From positions 17,441-81,440 of the forward strand of contig CAZMYR010000001.1 in the NCBI GenBank assembly GCA_964570585.1: a stretch of 64,000 nucleotides of DNA. The letters are read 5' to 3'. The notes under the pieces are model-generated. The model saw nothing but the letters and a program-made list of their open reading frames with translations, did no database searches and was not told where the DNA came from. Shown in pieces: positions 52,101 through 55,100 of the stretch. A program made the position numbers and the translations under genes. Every line of letters begins with the position of its first letter. Within the stretch, counting starts at the first letter, position 1. The stretch comes from an uncultured Planctomycetia bacterium (GTDB lineage Bacteria > Omnitrophota > Gorgyraeia > JABMRG01 > JAFGKX01).

Positions 52101-55100
52101 TAATTGCCAGATGTAAATTCCACAATTACCGTATTTATAGAACCATCCCGTGCCATTTCCTCTAAAATGGCTTTTATCTCCTCCGGGTTCTTATCCATTA
52201 AATCTTTTATGGAATCGCTTTTTACTATATTATCTAATACTTTCCTAATTATATCCTCAATTATAGTCTGCCTATTTGCGCTCTTATCTTCTAACCTTGC
52301 TAATATGTCACTTAACTCCGATGTCATGCTATCTACATCGGCTACCTCTATATGCCCTTGATTTGATAATTCACCTAAAATTTCACTCACTTTTTTTACT
52401 GCCTCTTCTACTGTCTGTGACCTTTCAACCTCTTCTGCTAAACGCCTCAAATATCCCTCCATATACTGATCTGTAACTTTACCATTTTGCCTTACGCGCC
52501 TGTAATTCCCCTGGCCAATTCGTGAGCGATGAAGAAGAGAATCCACATGATTACTTACGGTCCTGTCTGATTCGCAATTTAGCAGTATGGAACCTACTTC
52601 TTCAGGAACACCTTCAGTAATCATCTCAGCAGGCAACTTGTGGTTTATATGTAACCGCTCCACTAAACCAGTGGTCTTCTGTCCGGAAGTGCCTTTATCA
52701 GGACACATAAAACCATAATCTGTACGTTGAGGTTTTGGCTCTTCGCCCTTTCCTGCTTCTGCTTCGCCTTTTTCTACTCTTGCCATTCGAATAAGCTCCT
52801 TGGAAGATACAAAAGGCAACTTATAATCATCTGCTGTATCTTTCCCAACAGTAGCTGAAGCTAAAGATATTCCTGAAACAAGTCCCATTTCAGGGTTGAG
52901 AACCTCCGGCGTTGTCATCGAGGCAGAAGACATCCTTTCTTTTTCAATCTTTAAGTTAGCATTATTTAACCTGTTTTCCTTTATTCTTACAGCCGTATCA
53001 AGCCCAAAGCTCCATTGTCTTCCTTCCAGCTTTCGGCCGCTTGCGTCCTTATCAATAATATTCAGCTTCCCTCCGGATACATCATATTGCTCTTTCCTGT
53101 TTTGATAAAGATATGCACCGAGCGCCAATTCCATATATTCCTGCCACAAATGGGTATCGCCTATGCCAAAAAGTTTTCCCTTATTTGCTTTATATTCATC
53201 TATTGTATCCAGTATTTGTCCAAGCCACACCTCTCCTGTTCTTTTAAAGGTTACTAAGGAATCGCCTCTTTTACAAAGTTCTCTATTAACATAAAATTTT
53301 CCGTTTCTTTCGAATATGAGCCTGTGTTTCCAGATAAGTTCATCGGCAATTTGTTGCATCCTGAGCCTTTGTTCAGCAAGGTCTGCCAACCCCTGTAGTA
53401 TGCCTGTCCCTGATATAACGCAAGGGGTAAACACATGTTTCTTTAAGGGGTTATCACCTTCATCAAAATAGATAAAGTATGTCTGCCCTTCCCGCACCAA
53501 TGCCAGGTCTTCTTCCTTTCTGGACATAAAGACATCATCCTCGTACCTATGGATGAAGTTATATATATTAATATAAATTACATCAGCTTCTTCAAAAAGC
53601 TTTCTTTCCGTGGTATCCTGCCTGTTGCCTTGCGCATCCACAAAATAGGCCTTTCTGTCTCCTGTTCCTGCCTCTGAAATAACATATCCTGTCTTAGCGC
53701 CAAAATATGCATTAACCCTGCCCGCCTTTCTTCCGTCTCTTTCTATCAGGTTTTCTTCGGTATGAATAATAGCCACATCTCTCTTGCCAGGCCTTTTGCC
53801 TGTTTTCTCACGTTCCCATACATAAGGAAGGCTCTTTAGGAGTGATGTGCCATTAAACACGAATGTCTTTCCGGCGGATGTGGGCATCTCTACTGCGGCG
53901 CCGTTTCTCATAACTTTAGCAACCGCTGCCTGAATCTTCCATTTTTCACGATCCCATTCAATCTCGTGGGTTACCGCATCCTCAGTAAGGCCGCTGGCCA
54001 CTATTGCCTGCTCTATCAATTCTAACAACAGGTCTTTATCAAAATCTACACCTTGTGATTTTAATGACTTTAAAATAACACTAAACCTATCCTGAAATTC
54101 TTCTATCGTCATCCGCTCAAGTACAGGCCCCACTTTTGCAACCTTTTCGCCTTCTGGCACCGCTGGTTTCCTGTCGCTTTCTACCCTTGCTTTTTGCGAG
54201 GTCTCCTGCAGCTGTGCGCGCAGCTTCTTTATAGTATCTTGGGCTCTGGCAAGTTCTTCTTTCTGCCTTGCTTTTTCCCTTCGGGTTTTTTCTAATTCTT
54301 CTTGAACTTCCGCAAGTTTTCTTTCTGCTTCCTCAAGCCTCCCGGTAAGTTCATCAAGTCTCTCGCCGGGAAATAAGGCATCAAAAAGCGGCGTATTTAT
54401 TGATTTGGCAACATCAGGGTCTACTTTAGAAAGGTCTATATTGCTTTCACTGCCATAATATTTTTCTTTGTCGATGCGGTGAAGGCCTCTGAAGTTTCCT
54501 AAAGTAATAGGAACCCGGCCTGCCAGAACCCTGATTCTTCTGCTTAAGGTATCTGCGTTGTGCTTAAACATCCAGGGCCGGATAGGAAATTTTATGCCCT
54601 GTTTTCCGAGTTCTTTATTTAAGGCAACTATATTTTTAAGTTTCTCAATAAATAAAACGCGATTGCTTTTAAGGCTTTTGCGTATTTCCTCAGATTTAAC
54701 AAGCCGCTCTGTATCTTCAGCTGCAAATTCTTTATTTGCCCCGATGTCTTCTAATATTCCTTTCAGAGTCTTTCCGGCAGAGGAGGCTTTGACTTTGGCA
54801 CCAGGAGCCAGGGTCAGTCTCAGTTTCTTATCCTCCTTATCGATTCTGTCAAGCCCGGCCTCATCATTTGCATATAATCTTTTTAGCTTATCTAACTTAA
54901 CTGCATATATATCTTTACCCTCTTCCCATGCAGATGTAAGCTCTTCGAGTCTTCTCTTAAAAAGTTCTTCTTTCGCTTTTTCTATCTTACTTCTTACATC
55001 TTGATAGGCATCCGCCCCTTTAAGGCGTTCAAATTCTTTGGTAAGGTGGGCGGCAACCTGAAATTCAACGCTCGATTTCTCTGTCGGCTTAATCGGTCTC

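Noticed and set aside
51200-53950. Housekeeping secA
   Set aside because: It is embedded in a 10643-aa ORF and divergent at conserved motifs, so no gene symbol was assigned.
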